This document shows positions 36,701 to 49,600 of a stretch of 64,000 nt of DNA, in pieces. The stretch comes from Oikopleura dioica. Taxonomy: Eukaryota > Animalia > Chordata. The stretch lies in the NCBI GenBank assembly GCA_907165135.1, contig OU015566.1, positions 8,122,001 through 8,186,000 on the forward strand. Direction: 5' to 3'. The notes under the pieces were generated by a model. It was given only the letters and a program-made list of their open reading frames with translations. It made no database searches and had not been told where the DNA came from. The position numbers were made by a program, and so were the translations under genes. The stretch's first letter is position 1, and each line of letters begins with the position of its first letter.

Positions 36701-38707
36701 AAAAAGTATCTCGAACAGAAGAAGCAGATATTCCTATCATTGTCAAATTTGCCGAGTGGTCTGGCGCATTGGCAGCTTTGAAGAAACGAGACCAAGTCAT
36801 AAATGGCATGAAAATACTCGTTATTCCCTTTCGCTTCGGCGACGATAAGTGTTCAAGAGTCAGCAGAGCGGTCATTCTTGAAAACTTGCCTCAAATGGAC
36901 GAGAGTAGTTTGTACACTAAGTTTCGAGAAAATGGCGTTGCGTTGGCTCGCATCTGGCCGGAGAACCCGAAAATTGCTTTCGTCATCTTTTCAACGATGA
37001 AAATCGCCAAGAGCACTGAAAACATGAGTCCGATAACCATGCAGCCAATTTTTCATCAAGAAGAAGGGACAAAACGAGTTGACGCTTATTTGTTGACAAA
37101 TCGAATTTTCAAAGACCAGTTATTTACGCCTGAACAGAGGGTCTCTATTTTCGAAGATTTCGAGCTCATAAGGATAGAGTCTACGAGCGAAGAGAGGGTC
37201 AAGTCTATTCCTTGGAAGGAACCGATCAAACTTCACAGTGCAAAGCGGCCACAAGATTCTAGTTCTCTCCCGAAAAGGGCAAAAAAGCCTCGCCCTCCAT
37301 CAGAATCGAGTAGCCACCTTTCCTCCACCGTTTCCGACGATTATTTCGGCCCTGACAAGAGAGCAACTGTAAAAGCTCCAAAAATTCCCCCTCCATCAAA
37401 CGACGCTGTCAATCTTCTCGGCGGCATTACTGAAAATATGTCCATAGAAAAAGACCGAAAAGTAATTCAACAGCGGGAAAAAAGGATTGCAACTTACAAA
37501 TCTAGCCGTGAATGGTTCTATTTCGTCGAAAATGCTGACAATAAGACACAAGCGAGTATGCTGCCGCCGGAGACGACCAAGAAATACGAGCTCAATAAGA
37601 TCTTCCATCAACGCGCATTTGAATGGAAGGTTAAAATCGACGAATGGGTCGATAATGACAAGAAGAAAAAGATGCGTACGAGGACTCCCGAGCCTGATTT
37701 CAATGACTTTGAGGAACCGATGGAAGGACCTTGGGATCCTGCTAGTGAGGCGCTGAATGATTCGATTGAATCGATAGACCCGCCGAGTTCTGGAATCTTG
37801 AATACTGACGATCCCCAAGAGCCTCATCAAGAAATGAACCAGTTCGAAATGGTCGACACAATTGAAGACGATCCCTTCGATGCATCTCCGATGAATCCAC
37901 CCGCGGCTCCAATGTCAACCTCTTCTGGATATCAATCTGGATCAGCGGGTAGCTCTGGAGGATGGAATCTCGGTTCAACCAATTCCAGATCGAGGAGCGT
38001 CTCGAAAAAGCCTTCTCCTTCGCCACATGTCGGGCAATTCATTCCCAATCGCCGACAGAGAGGTAAAGCCAAACAGCAAGAGAAGAAAAACGACATGAAT
38101 CTTACTCCCTCACAACTGAGCAAAATAAATATCGGCAGCAATTTGGCGGCTACACTCAAAGCTCTTGGCCAAAATCGTAATATTTTGGAAAATCTTAGAA
38201 ATCAGCCGATAGAGGAAGAGGCTCCAGAAACCGATCCGATTGCCAGTCTCTCTGCCAATCCGCCTCAAGAAATTCGAAAAATTCTTAGAAATCTGAAGCT
38301 GGGAAAGTCTGATTTGGATCTGCTGCTGAATATACCACTGAAAGTGATGACTGAGCATAATGTGTACGCACTGATTGATAGCAAGCATGGAGATAGAGAT
38401 CACGTTAACGATAAAGACCCTGGAAAACTGATATCGCTGATAAAGATGTATTTGACGCCGCCTGATGAATCCGAAGATTACAAATCAGAGAGACACTCGT
38501 AAGTCTTTTGTCGTGTTTAACTATCTTCAAAATCTTTTTAGCCCAGAAGAGAGGCCCAAAATAAGAGATGAAGATGAAATTTACAAGTGCGTCGAATTCC
38601 GCGAAATTCTCCAGAGCAGTTTAAAGCTTCTCGCTCGAGGAAAAGCAATCATGACGGAGATTTACGACATAAACTCCATCGAGCTTGAAGCTGGAGCGGA
38701 CTTTTAA
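33777..38707 (+). CDS. Chromodomain protein with three degenerate KH domains and two RRMs (single-gene model inferred)
   Basis: Chromodomain EYEVESILQSR...YLVKWVNYSDEWNTWEPMENL (33922-34070). KH-like VFGKGN...LPDSTERLVHIQG and LTGKPSCISIMKYYL. RRM-like VNIYGL...FGAVEKV...IVKF and VILENLP...AFVIF. Confidence 0.65.
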
Positions 38708-39004
38708 TATTCTGTACCTAATTTTTTCCTCTTTACCTTATTGGACCCTTTTCAATTTCTATCTTATTCCAGTAATTCACTTATTTCCCGCTTCTTTGAC
38801 TGATAAATCGAGTTATGAATAATTACACCACTAGCGAGCTGATCATTTCAGAGTTAGTTTGTATGCTCAATGCGCTAGCCCACTGCAGACGGTTGTTTCC
38901 TATTCACGTTCACAAACTGTCCAGAAGAATATCTTCTACCTATATGAAAAATAGGTGACGATCAAAATAAACTCACGATTTATAAAAAAAAATACTTTTT
39001 CAGA

Positions 39005-42000
39005 ATGACCGGACTCGAGCCAGTCCCGGAGAGTATTGACTTTCCAAAAACAGAAGAGGAAATTTTAAAAGTAATTTTCAGCGCAAAAGTCTCTTTTTTA
39101 TTATGTTTTACAGTATTGGAAAGAAATCGATGCCTTCCAGACGAGTTTGAAGCAATCGAAAGGCAAGCCGCCATATGTATTTTATGATGGCCCTCCATTT
39201 GCGACTGGAAAGCCCCACTACGGTCACCTTTTGGCGGGAACTATCAAGGTTTATTGACAGTTTAAATTTCGATCTTAAGAGGAGGTTTTCTTTAGGATAC
39301 AGTGACACGTTACTGGCATCAAAATGGATACCATGTGGAGCGACGATTTGGCTGGGATACACACGGTCTCCCAGTTGAACACGAAATCGACAAGACTAAC
39401 AATATTACTGTAAGCTCCCTAGCTAAGAATCGATCAACTGTTAACTAAAATCTATCTGTTAGGGACCTGAAGACGTTGAAAAGATGGGAATCGACAAGTA
39501 CAACGCCCTGTGCAGATCAATTGTGATGCGTTACAGTGGCGAGTGGAAGGATACTGTCGACAGAATTGGTCGATGGATTGATTTTGAAAATGATTACAAG
39601 ACTCTGTACCCATGGTTTATGGAAAGTGTTTGGTGGGTGTTCAAGCAGCTTTTCACCAAGGGCCTTGTTTATCACGGACAGAAGGTGATGCCCTTCTCCA
39701 CTGCTTGTAACACTCCCCTATCCAATTTCGAAGCTGGCCAGGACTACAAGGATGTCAACGATCCAGCTGTCTCCGTCAGCTTTCCTCTTAGAGATCAGCC
39801 CGACGTCGCTCTTGTCGCCTGGACAACTACTCCATGGACACTTCCATCTAATTTATCACTCTGTGTCCACCCCGAGATGGACTACGTAAAGGTTCTTCAA
39901 AAGAAAGACGAGAAAAAGCTCATCGTCCTGGAAGCTCGTCTCTCCGAGCTCTTCAAAAACGACACTGAATATGAAGTTCTCGAAAAATTCAAAGGAAAAA
40001 CACTCGAAGGCAAAAGATACGTCCCACTGTTCGACTACTTCGTCGAGGATTTCCCGAATGCTCACAAGGTCTGCTGTGATACTTACGTCACCGCCGACTC
40101 TGGTACTGGTGTCGTCCACCAAGCCCCTTACTTTGGTGCTGACGATTTCCGAGTTGGAATCGAAAACAACATCATTACTAAAGACGGTGTCACCGCTTGC
40201 CCTGTCAACAACTCCGGTAAATTCACCTCTAAGGTTGCCGATTTCCAGGGACTGCACGTAAAAGACGCCGATAAAGAAATCATCAAAACGTTGAAGGGTA
40301 AAGATCGAGTCATCAAACAAGGACAGATCAAGCATAGTTACCCCTTCTGCTGGAGATCTGGCACCCCTCTTATTTATAAAGCCGTGCCTTCGTGGTTCGT
40401 CCGCGTTGAGCACGCACGTGACCAACTTCTCAAGTCCAACGATGAAACTTACTGGGTGCCAAGTTATGTGAAGGAGAAAAGATTCGGAAACTGGCTCAAG
40501 AATGCCAATGATTGGTGCATTTCTCGAAATCGTTACTGGGGAACCCCCATCCCTCTTTGGGCTTCGGAAGATCTTGAAGAGATCGTTTGCGTCGGCAGCA
40601 TCAAAGAACTTGCTGAACTATCAGGTGTTACTGTTACGGATCTTCATCGTGAATCCATCGATCATATCACTATTCCTTCTCAAACCGGCCGAGGTGTTCT
40701 CAAGCGAATTCCAGAAGTTTTTGATTGCTGGTTCGAGTCTGGCTCCATGCCCTACGCTCAGAAGCACTACCCGTTCGAAAACAAAAAGCTCTTCGAAGAC
40801 ACCTTCCCCGCTCATTTCATCGCTGAAGGAATCGATCAAACCCGAGGATGGTTTTACACGCTCATCGTGCTCTCTACCCACCTTTTCGGCAAACCCCCAT
40901 TCAAAAACGTCATTGTCAATGGCTTGGTACTCGCTGAAGATGGAAACAAAATGAGTAAATCGAAGCGAAACTTCCCCGATCCAAACTTACTGTTTGACAA
41001 GTATGGTGCCGACGCTATCCGACTGTATCTCATCAGTTCCGTAGCTGTTGCCGGTGGCGATTTGCGCTTTAAGGAACAGGAGGTCAAAGAAATGATCCGA
41101 GACGTCTTCCTCCCGTGGTACAATGCCTACAGATTCCTCGTCCAAAACATTCTCCGACATCAAATCGATACGAATAGCACTTTTACCTACGACCCAGCAC
41201 TTGTTGGAACTTCCGACAACATCATGGACAAATGGATTCTTTCCTACTCTCAGAGTTTGATCAAATCCGTCAAAGAGGAGATGGAAACATACCACCTCAA
41301 CAGAGTCGTTCCTAAGCTCTTGAAATTCGTCGATCAACTCACCAACTGGTACGTCAGACTCAACCGACGACGACTCAAGGGTGAAACTGGCGCTGAAGAT
41401 TGTGTCCACGCTCTGACCACGCTCTATACTGTCATCGATTGGATGAACAGGCTCATGGCTCCAGCAACTCCATTCTTGACCGAGCATCTTTACCAGAATC
41501 TCCGACGACTTCAACCTGCCAACAACCAAGACGGTTCGATCCACTTCCAGATGATGCCAGAAGTCAACGAGTCTCTCATCCAAATCGACATTGAACGAGC
41601 AGTTTCCAACATGACAACCGTTGTTCAAATCGGTCGAGCTCTCCGAGATCGAAAGACTCTCCCAGAAAAGTACCCGCTTCCAGAAATCGTCGTCATTCGA
41701 CCAGAACAAATTCAGCTTGACGAGCTCAAGATCCTCGAAACTTACATAATGGAGCAGCTGAACGTCCGCAAGGTCACATTCTCCGCTGATCGAAGCGCCT
41801 ACGGTGTTGAGCTAAAGGCTGAGCCGGAAATCCCAATCCTTGGAAAACGACTTGGAAAGCAAGCTAAAGCTCTGTTCGCTGAGATCCGAAAGATGGATAC
41901 TAATGCGATCGAGAAGCTCCGAGCTGACGGAAAGATGATTGTTGGTGGCCATGAAATCACCAAGGATGAAATCAGAATTCAATTTAACGCAAAATCAGAG

Positions 42001-42945
42001 GTGAAAATTCTCCATTTTTCATTCTTTACTCATAATAATTTCTAAAAGGGAACTGTCAAATACGAAGCTGATTCGGAAGGGTCTCTACTAGTCCTTCTCA
42101 ATATCTCCCTCAGCCAAGATATGATCGACGAAGGAGTCTCGCGAGAAGTCGTTAACAGAGTACAAAAGTTGAAGAAGAAGGCCAAACTTGTCGTAACTGA
42201 TGAAGTTACAGTTTTCTACCAGGTATGGAACGACCTTATCGGCAACGGATAAAAAGTATTGTTCAGACGCCCAAAGGTTACTTGGATGACGTCATCACTT
42301 CGCACTTTGAGAAGATCCAGTCGGCCATTCGAGCCACTTTTGTAAAGAATGACTGCCCTGGATATGCAGATATTGCTGCTACATCGAAAGAAGAGATGAA
42401 GGTAATCAATCAAAATCCCATCATCTTGTAAAAATCGTTCATCGTAGGGCGAATTCTTCAAAACCAAGACAGTCCTCAATCTCCAAGTCGCTCATGGAAC
42501 CATTGACCCCAGCGCACCAGTACCCCTTTGCGTCAAAAATTCCGCGAGTGCCGGAGTAACGACCCTTTTGGAGAACCCCAAGGGACGGCCAGCGAAGAAG
42601 GTTGTAGTGAAATCTGCCGGCGATTCTAGCGCGCAGAGCGATTTTGTCAATTTGGAATTTGTTGGAAACGATAGATATGGAGTGGTCCAGGATCCGAAGG
42701 CTGCTGTTGTGTTGAATAATCCTGGATACGAGGTGAGTTCTCGTTGATTACTGTTAGTGATAAGTTTCTAGGTGAAATCGGTAGAACAAGTCGAATCCCT
42801 TGCCGCGGATCTCTTCGGCTGGGGTGGCGATTCTGCCGCGTTGAAGCTTTTTTTCGACAAGAACTGCACAAAACCAGTCAAGGACTTTAACGACCTCAAG
42901 AATGCGACAGTGTTTGTTAAGAATTTGGCGAAGCCGATCGCCTAA
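39005..42945 (+). CDS. IARS1: Isoleucine--tRNA ligase, cytoplasmic
   Basis: [20 protein letters not shown] (HIGH variant), WTTTPWTLP and GTGVVH editing motifs, [25 protein letters not shown] and KMSKS. Confidence 0.97.
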
Positions 42946-43683
42946 ATTATGTGGTGTTGCTTGTGCTAGGAAAATTACTTTCTGTCTTCAGAAGCTCAAA
43001 CTTCTTACTGTAGGAAAATTTAAAGAATAAAAAAGGGAAAATATATTACCGTGATCCATGACGGAGATAAAATTCGAATACAGATGTTTTCATGGATTAA
43101 TGAAAACATCTATCGTTGATAAAAAATCGAGCAGGATGAAATCACGGAAGATAACCAAATCAAAGCAACTTGCGTAAAACTATCATAAGGCAACTCAACT
43201 TTGATACTTATCTTTGCAAAATCAGCATTAGCAATTGTTTTCAATGAGAGAAGATAATCCGAGAAAGAAAAAAGAAATCGATAATAGAAACAAGAAAATC
43301 AAGGAAAAAGAATATGAGATTAGTTCCTTTCTTTCGTAAAATCTCTTCTGAATACGAATGATTCCTCGCTGATTTCGAATTTTATTAAAAAAAAAGTGGC
43401 GATCGTTTCAAGCCGAGTTGCTCGCTTTTCGCGAGGAAGAAAAAAGCGAAATTGGTGAGTCATCTCTCGGGTCTCGGGGCGGATCTTTTGTGGCGATGTA
43501 GCGCGGCCAATCCGCACCCAAAAACCCATTCACCCCGTTCACTCCGCGCTTTTTTTGCACATTTTCTGCTCTTCGCACTATTCTAGGGCGAAGGAATGAG
43601 AGACAAAGAAAAGAAAAAATAGAAGCCGTCAATTCCAAAAAGAATGAGAAAACAAGTGAAATAACGAGGAAATAAATAGAGAA

Positions 43684-46600
43684 ATGACCAGGAGAAGCCG
43701 AAGACAGAGGGAAGTCGGACTAAAGTCTGAAATCAAAACTGCCTATGCTCCTGTAAGTATCGATTTTTGACATTTTGACTTGATAATTTCCCTCGGAAAC
43801 CTATTTTTGATGTGAAAGAAATCATATTTTTATTATTTTTTATTCAAAAATTGATGACATACATTTTTTAATCTAAAATTGAGCAATTTTTCCTAGTAAC
43901 CAATTTTTAAATTCATGTTATTGAACATAAAATTGAAGAAAACATGTTTCTTTTTATGAAAAGTTGGATAAAATCGATCGAGTTATTTGAGGAATCGATT
44001 TTCCCCGTCAAAATTCAATTTGGAATGATGATTTCATGAAGCTTTCAATTTGATTCAACTTTCGCTTTCAATAAATTTTTATTAAATTTAAATTTTAAAT
44101 TTACGGCTTTCTATTTTTGACAGTTTTCGTTTTTCCTGGTCTTTATTTTGCATCAAAACAAACTGTTAATTTTCTTGTGTTCTATTTTCCATATTTTTAG
44201 CCCCGCATTTCTCATGCTCCCGAAGTCGCCCACAATTTGTCCGTTCGCTGTTTTAAATATGATCCTTCAATTCCCAATCCCATTGTTCTGACTAAACCTC
44301 TCAAGGTAATTCTTGCGCTCTTACTCGACCATGACTGAATTTTTCTTCCTTTGCAGCCGCGGGCAGTTTCAAGCTCGGAGGACGAAGATGAGCTGGAGGC
44401 GGTTTATCCCGGTCCGATTTGTATTTCGTGCTCTGGCGTCGACAACGACCCCTTGATTTGGTGTTCTGGTTGTGCCGAGCCCTATCATTACGAGTGTGCT
44501 AAAGGTTATCCTAAAGAAAAGTACGGCCAGACCTACCGCTGGCTCTGTCTCGATTGTCGACAGAGCTGCGTTTCGTGTTCCTATCCTGTTTTGACGATAT
44601 CGACCTTCAACTGCAAGACCTGCTGGAAGATTATCCACAGGCGTTGTATAGACCCCCAAGTATGATTTCTCGAAATCAACAAAACCAAACGAGAAAATTT
44701 CAGCTGCGGAGCGAGTTCCGTCAAAACGGCTGGACCTGCTCCGAATGCCTCAGACCTAATCATGAAGAGCCGCCACGAAGTACCTGCGAGCTCTGTCTAT
44801 CCGACCCGCTACCCAACTGCCAACCTAGTTACCAATGCGACCGCTGCCGAACCTCCGTTAAATCCTGTTGTTTGGACCTCTCCGACGATATTCTTCATTT
44901 TTATGGTAATGCATCTCAATAAGCAGCCTCTATTATCCCATTTTTAGATAATTTTGCACAACGTCAGACCTTTCTTTGTGAAAACTGCGATGCGAGCATT
45001 TCGTGGAAGAATCATCTTCTCTGCGCTTGGCGAAGAAGTCTTCTTCAAATCCTCAGTCCTCTTTCGCAACTGGCCAAAAGTGGCCACTCCGAAATCTCCG
45101 AAATCCAGAGAAATATCGACAAGGTACCAAAAAGAAATCATCTTTGATTCTAAAACGCTCTTTCTAGTTCGATTCAATAGAAGATTTTGCCAAAAAGATC
45201 AAGGAACTTCGTAGATTAGAGAAATTTCGCTCAGACGAGATCCAACGCAAATTTGAGCACTCAAAGAATGTGCTAGAGGAAATCTTTCCAAAATATGACG
45301 CTCAAGTCGCTGCGCTGCCTGAAACTGAGTTTCCTCCTGAATTTACCTTTCACCTGAGAAAAGCGCCTGAAATACCTCAGTATCAAACTTCACTCTATCG
45401 TTCACCAGGTCCGGGGATAAAAAGATTCTCAATTTTAAATCTAAGTTAAAAAGGACTTGATCTTTAAATCCCGATAAAAGCATGTTGTCTTTGTACGGCA
45501 AAACCATCTTACGCTCGGTTAATCTACCTTGGCCAGGATGAGTGGGCCCATGCAGCCTGTGTTCTTTGGGCAGGAAGGCTAGCGAATACAAAGGGAAATT
45601 ACTCCCCTATGATTCGAGGATATTCACATGGAATTGGCCCAAGTGCATCAAGAGAAGAAGATTCCTGCCGCCACTGTGGTTACAGTATACGCACAGCAAT
45701 ATCCGTCAAATGCTGTAAAGAGGGCTGTAACTTGGTTATGCATTTCTTCTGCGCAAGATTAACTGGCTGGTTGGTGATGGACAAGATGTCGTCTCTTTGT
45801 GGCCGCCATAAACCCCGCTGCGAATCGAAGAAAAACATGGTATTGGAAGCTTCTCTTGCGAGGAAGCAGTCGACAGAACAGGGAGCTGAGACTCCAAATT
45901 TATTAGCCGACTTGATAAGACAGGAAATGCCATCGCAAGACCAGAACGTCCCACCCTCTGACGTCAAGCCGGTCACACAACAAACTGACGCGGGTAAAAC
46001 AGTAGTTACTCCAGGCATAACTCCCGCACCGAAGACCGGAAAGCCGTCGTCGTTCGACCGACAGACCTCTCCAGTAAAAGTTGCCCCTATCCTTTCTAAC
46101 GGAAACCTCAAACCTAAATCCCCATCATCTGGCGGAAAACCGCAAGCCTTTCAGCAAATGATGACTTCGCCGCCACCGCTGATTGTGGGCAAGAAAGCAC
46201 CATTAGCTCAGTCTGCAGAAAACTCAACGCTCAAGGAACTACTCAGAGCATCCCCAAGCAAATCTACTCCTGTCCCAGCATCTCCACTCCAGTTGTACAC
46301 TAGCCCAAAGCCAATGCAGAAATTAATTAGCCCACCAAAGAATCAGCCTACACAGAGGCTGCAGATCATCCCGCTCGAGTCACAAGTGAATTCGAAAGCG
46401 ATGGCCTCGAATATCATGACAAAGAAGCCAGAACTTCAGCAGTTTGGACAAGACAAACTCTCACAACTGATTGAAACTCTCTTCAACGAAGGACCTAGTA
46501 GCACACCAACTTCAGTAAATCATTTTTCAACAAACCTAAAAGAAAGTTCCGCTTCAACCTCTTCCAACTTATTGCCCAGCTCAAGTACCAGCTCTATTAC

Positions 46601-49600
46601 GACTCAACCTCAAAATCCGCCTAACCTTACGCCCAAGCCAATGCCAATGCTCAACAAATCTCCTATCCAAGGCGTTCCAATTCAGAATAGCGAGAAAGTT
46701 ATGCCACAACTTCAACGGAATGCACCTCCACCGCCACTGCAACAAATCCCAGGGACACAGATTGCTTCGAAAGTTCAGCCCTCTATTCAGCCCGAGACTC
46801 AAGTTCCTCAAACAGATGGACTGATTGATATTGATCAAATGTCGCCCGGCATGATTTCGGAAAATAATGAGGAAGACTCCGATTTCGATATTTCCGATAA
46901 TGAATCTGCAAATGCTAAAGTTCCGGAAGCATCAGATGAAATTAAGCCTCGCCCAAAAAAGCCAAGAGCAGCGTATGGAAGTCTGAAGAAAAAGAAAATC
47001 ACACTTGAAGAAGTTTTTACTGATGTCGAGAACATGCTATTACGAAAAGGACGTGCTCGGCCAGATCACAACGATCAAGCGCATCATCACAAATCAAAAT
47101 GGGCGCATGGAATTCGACCTGAAGATGCATACATCGCTTTAGGTGGCCTTTCGGTTAAAAATCTCGGAAAGATCCATCCTGAATGTACTCAGCGCTACAA
47201 AGAAGCTCTCTGTCCAGAAGGATATGAAGCCATCCGATGGTTTTGGTCTTCGAAAAATCCTGGCAATCTGACTAAATACATTTTGAATGTATCAATCCAA
47301 TACGACCCGCTTCCGGAAGCAGTTTATGTGAATGAAACTATCGTGCATGAACCCGACTTGATCATTCCTCCAGAGGAAGATATTTCAGAAGCATCTACTC
47401 CTATCACTTGCGAAGCGATCAACTACACTTTCGACGAATGGCCTGAATGGGAAGAAGTTGATATGGAAGAGATCGCACCACCGCCGAAATATTTTCAGAG
47501 AAAACGGAGCGCCGATGAAGGATCTGCGCAGATGGTCCCCGAAAAACGGGGGCGAAGAGGGCGACAGAAAATAGTCAAAAAAGAGGTGTTAGAAACGGAC
47601 GATGAAGACACAGAGGACATGCTGAATAGAAGAAGTGTCCGTGTTTGGGCAAATAAAATTAAGAAAGAATTCGTCGAAGAGGTCGTAATTCCTGAGGAGC
47701 TTGATGGCTTCAAGGTACCAACTGATGATGAGGATGATTTGGAGGAAGTCGAAACAACAGATCCAATGGACACAAGCTTCGAGTTAGTTCCGAAAAAGCA
47801 AGCAGCGCAGCCTTCAAAACCACTCCGAGTTCAATCAAAAAGAATGTCCAAGTTTAAGAATGCACCAAAGCGAACCACACGCGGTCGAGGCAGGCGTGGC
47901 AAGAAAAATGAAGATTTTTCTGACGAAGAGAATGAGCGTGACGACGAGGAATTGCACGAAGTTGAACTTATAATTGATGACTTTGAAGGAAGATCTCCAG
48001 ACTCAGATCGGCCAAATAACGTTGAGATGATGTCTCTTTCTGATGTGAGAACACATTTGAGATCCGATGATGAAGATGAGGATGATATTATCAGAAGAAG
48101 ATCAAGAAGGATGAAATTGACTAGTCTCGACTCTGATTCGGAAAGTGACGAGAAAACTTCGCCAAAGTCAGAGCCACTTGTCGAAAACACTCAAGAATTG
48201 AGTCCACTGGAATCTCTTGAGACGATTACATTGGACACGGAATCGAGAGAAGTAATTACAATTGTTGATTCTCCTGAGGAGCTAAAAATCGAGCAACCAG
48301 AAGTGACTGAAGCCGAGACTGTCCAAGAAGGACCTCAGTATGAGGCTGGTGTTTTGAAGACTGTCATGGAAAATGTCGATCCCGAGACACTTCTTCAAGA
48401 ACGAAACGATTCTCCTTCTCCTGAAGAACCTCAGATGGTCTCTGACGAGTCACCTCAGCCATCGAGTGAAGTGGGGGTTCAGACGCCACCTGGAGCAGTT
48501 GGAAAAGAAGAAGAAGAAGAGCCGGATACAGTAGAGACGAGAGATAATGAGCCTACATCAGCCGAGATACTTGGTGAAACGGGAACTAGCATTGCAGAAC
48601 TCGATCAAGAGCAACCCAAAAGCCCTTCCGTCGATTTTGATACCAGAGAAGATCTAAAGACCCCAAATGATGACCCCTCAGAAACTTCCGTGGATAAAGA
48701 TGAAGTCGCCGCTGAAGATCAGAAAGAAGAACCAGAGGCAATTGAACAGTCCGATCCAAGTGTTGATGACGATCAGATTGAAGAAGAGATAGGTAAAAAT
48801 TGTAGTTCATCCGGTGGCAAGTCTGAATCAGACAATTGTGAAAAGAATCCCCAAATGGGTAACTTGACAATTGTCCTCACTCGTGTTGATGTTCCCGTAG
48901 AATCGAGTAGAATCATTTCTGGTGATATTTTGTATGCGTTGCAGGTGTTAAAATTTATTTAGAATCGTCGGAGACCTCATCTGAAAAAGAAGCTTCTCGG
49001 AGAGACTCGGCGAGTCCAGACGCTGAAGACAACTGGTCTCCTAGCTCGGAGCCCGAAAATGACATGGAAGATATGTTTCGTATTGAAGAACACCATGAAA
49101 TGGACGACGAGGAGTCGGAGAAGTCATCGGAACTACTGGCGAAGGAGCTGACACAGAGCTTTGTACGAAGGTCTGGGAGAGCTGTTAAGAGCCTTTCTTG
49201 CGCTGTTAAGGATTGCGAAAAAACTGACAAAGACATCGAGAAGATCTTGCTGCATATGAAAGTCAACCATCCATATCATTACGCAGCTTTAATCACTGTG
49301 AAGCACTCAAAGGTTTGAACATGATTCTTAAACTTTTTTTGAGGTTCTCTCTCTAGGTTCACAAATCATGCGATACTTGTGGATTCATTTTTATGTGCAA
49401 AGCAACATTCGATTCACATCTTGAATTGTCCCTTTGCAAAAGAAATCTGGCATATCTCAAACGATATAACGAACCTGAAAAGTTTGATGAGCTTGAGCTT
49501 GAAGTTATTGAAAATGAGTACCAGTGGAGCTACCCCAAGAGGAAGGTATCGAAGCGAAGAACGCCGACGAAGCCAAAGTATTGTCCAGTTCGAGAATAAA

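Noticed and set aside
39856-41709. Long antisense ORFs (189 and 240 aa) opposite IARS1, and similar ones opposite other genes
   Set aside because: Shadow ORFs caused by codon bias in the sense genes; no recognisable domains.
46809-46829. Taspase-1 cleavage site QTDGLID in the trithorax protein
   Set aside because: It deviates from Q-hydrophobic-D/G-x-D-D and lies before FYRN rather than between FYRN and FYRC; kept only as a weak possibility.
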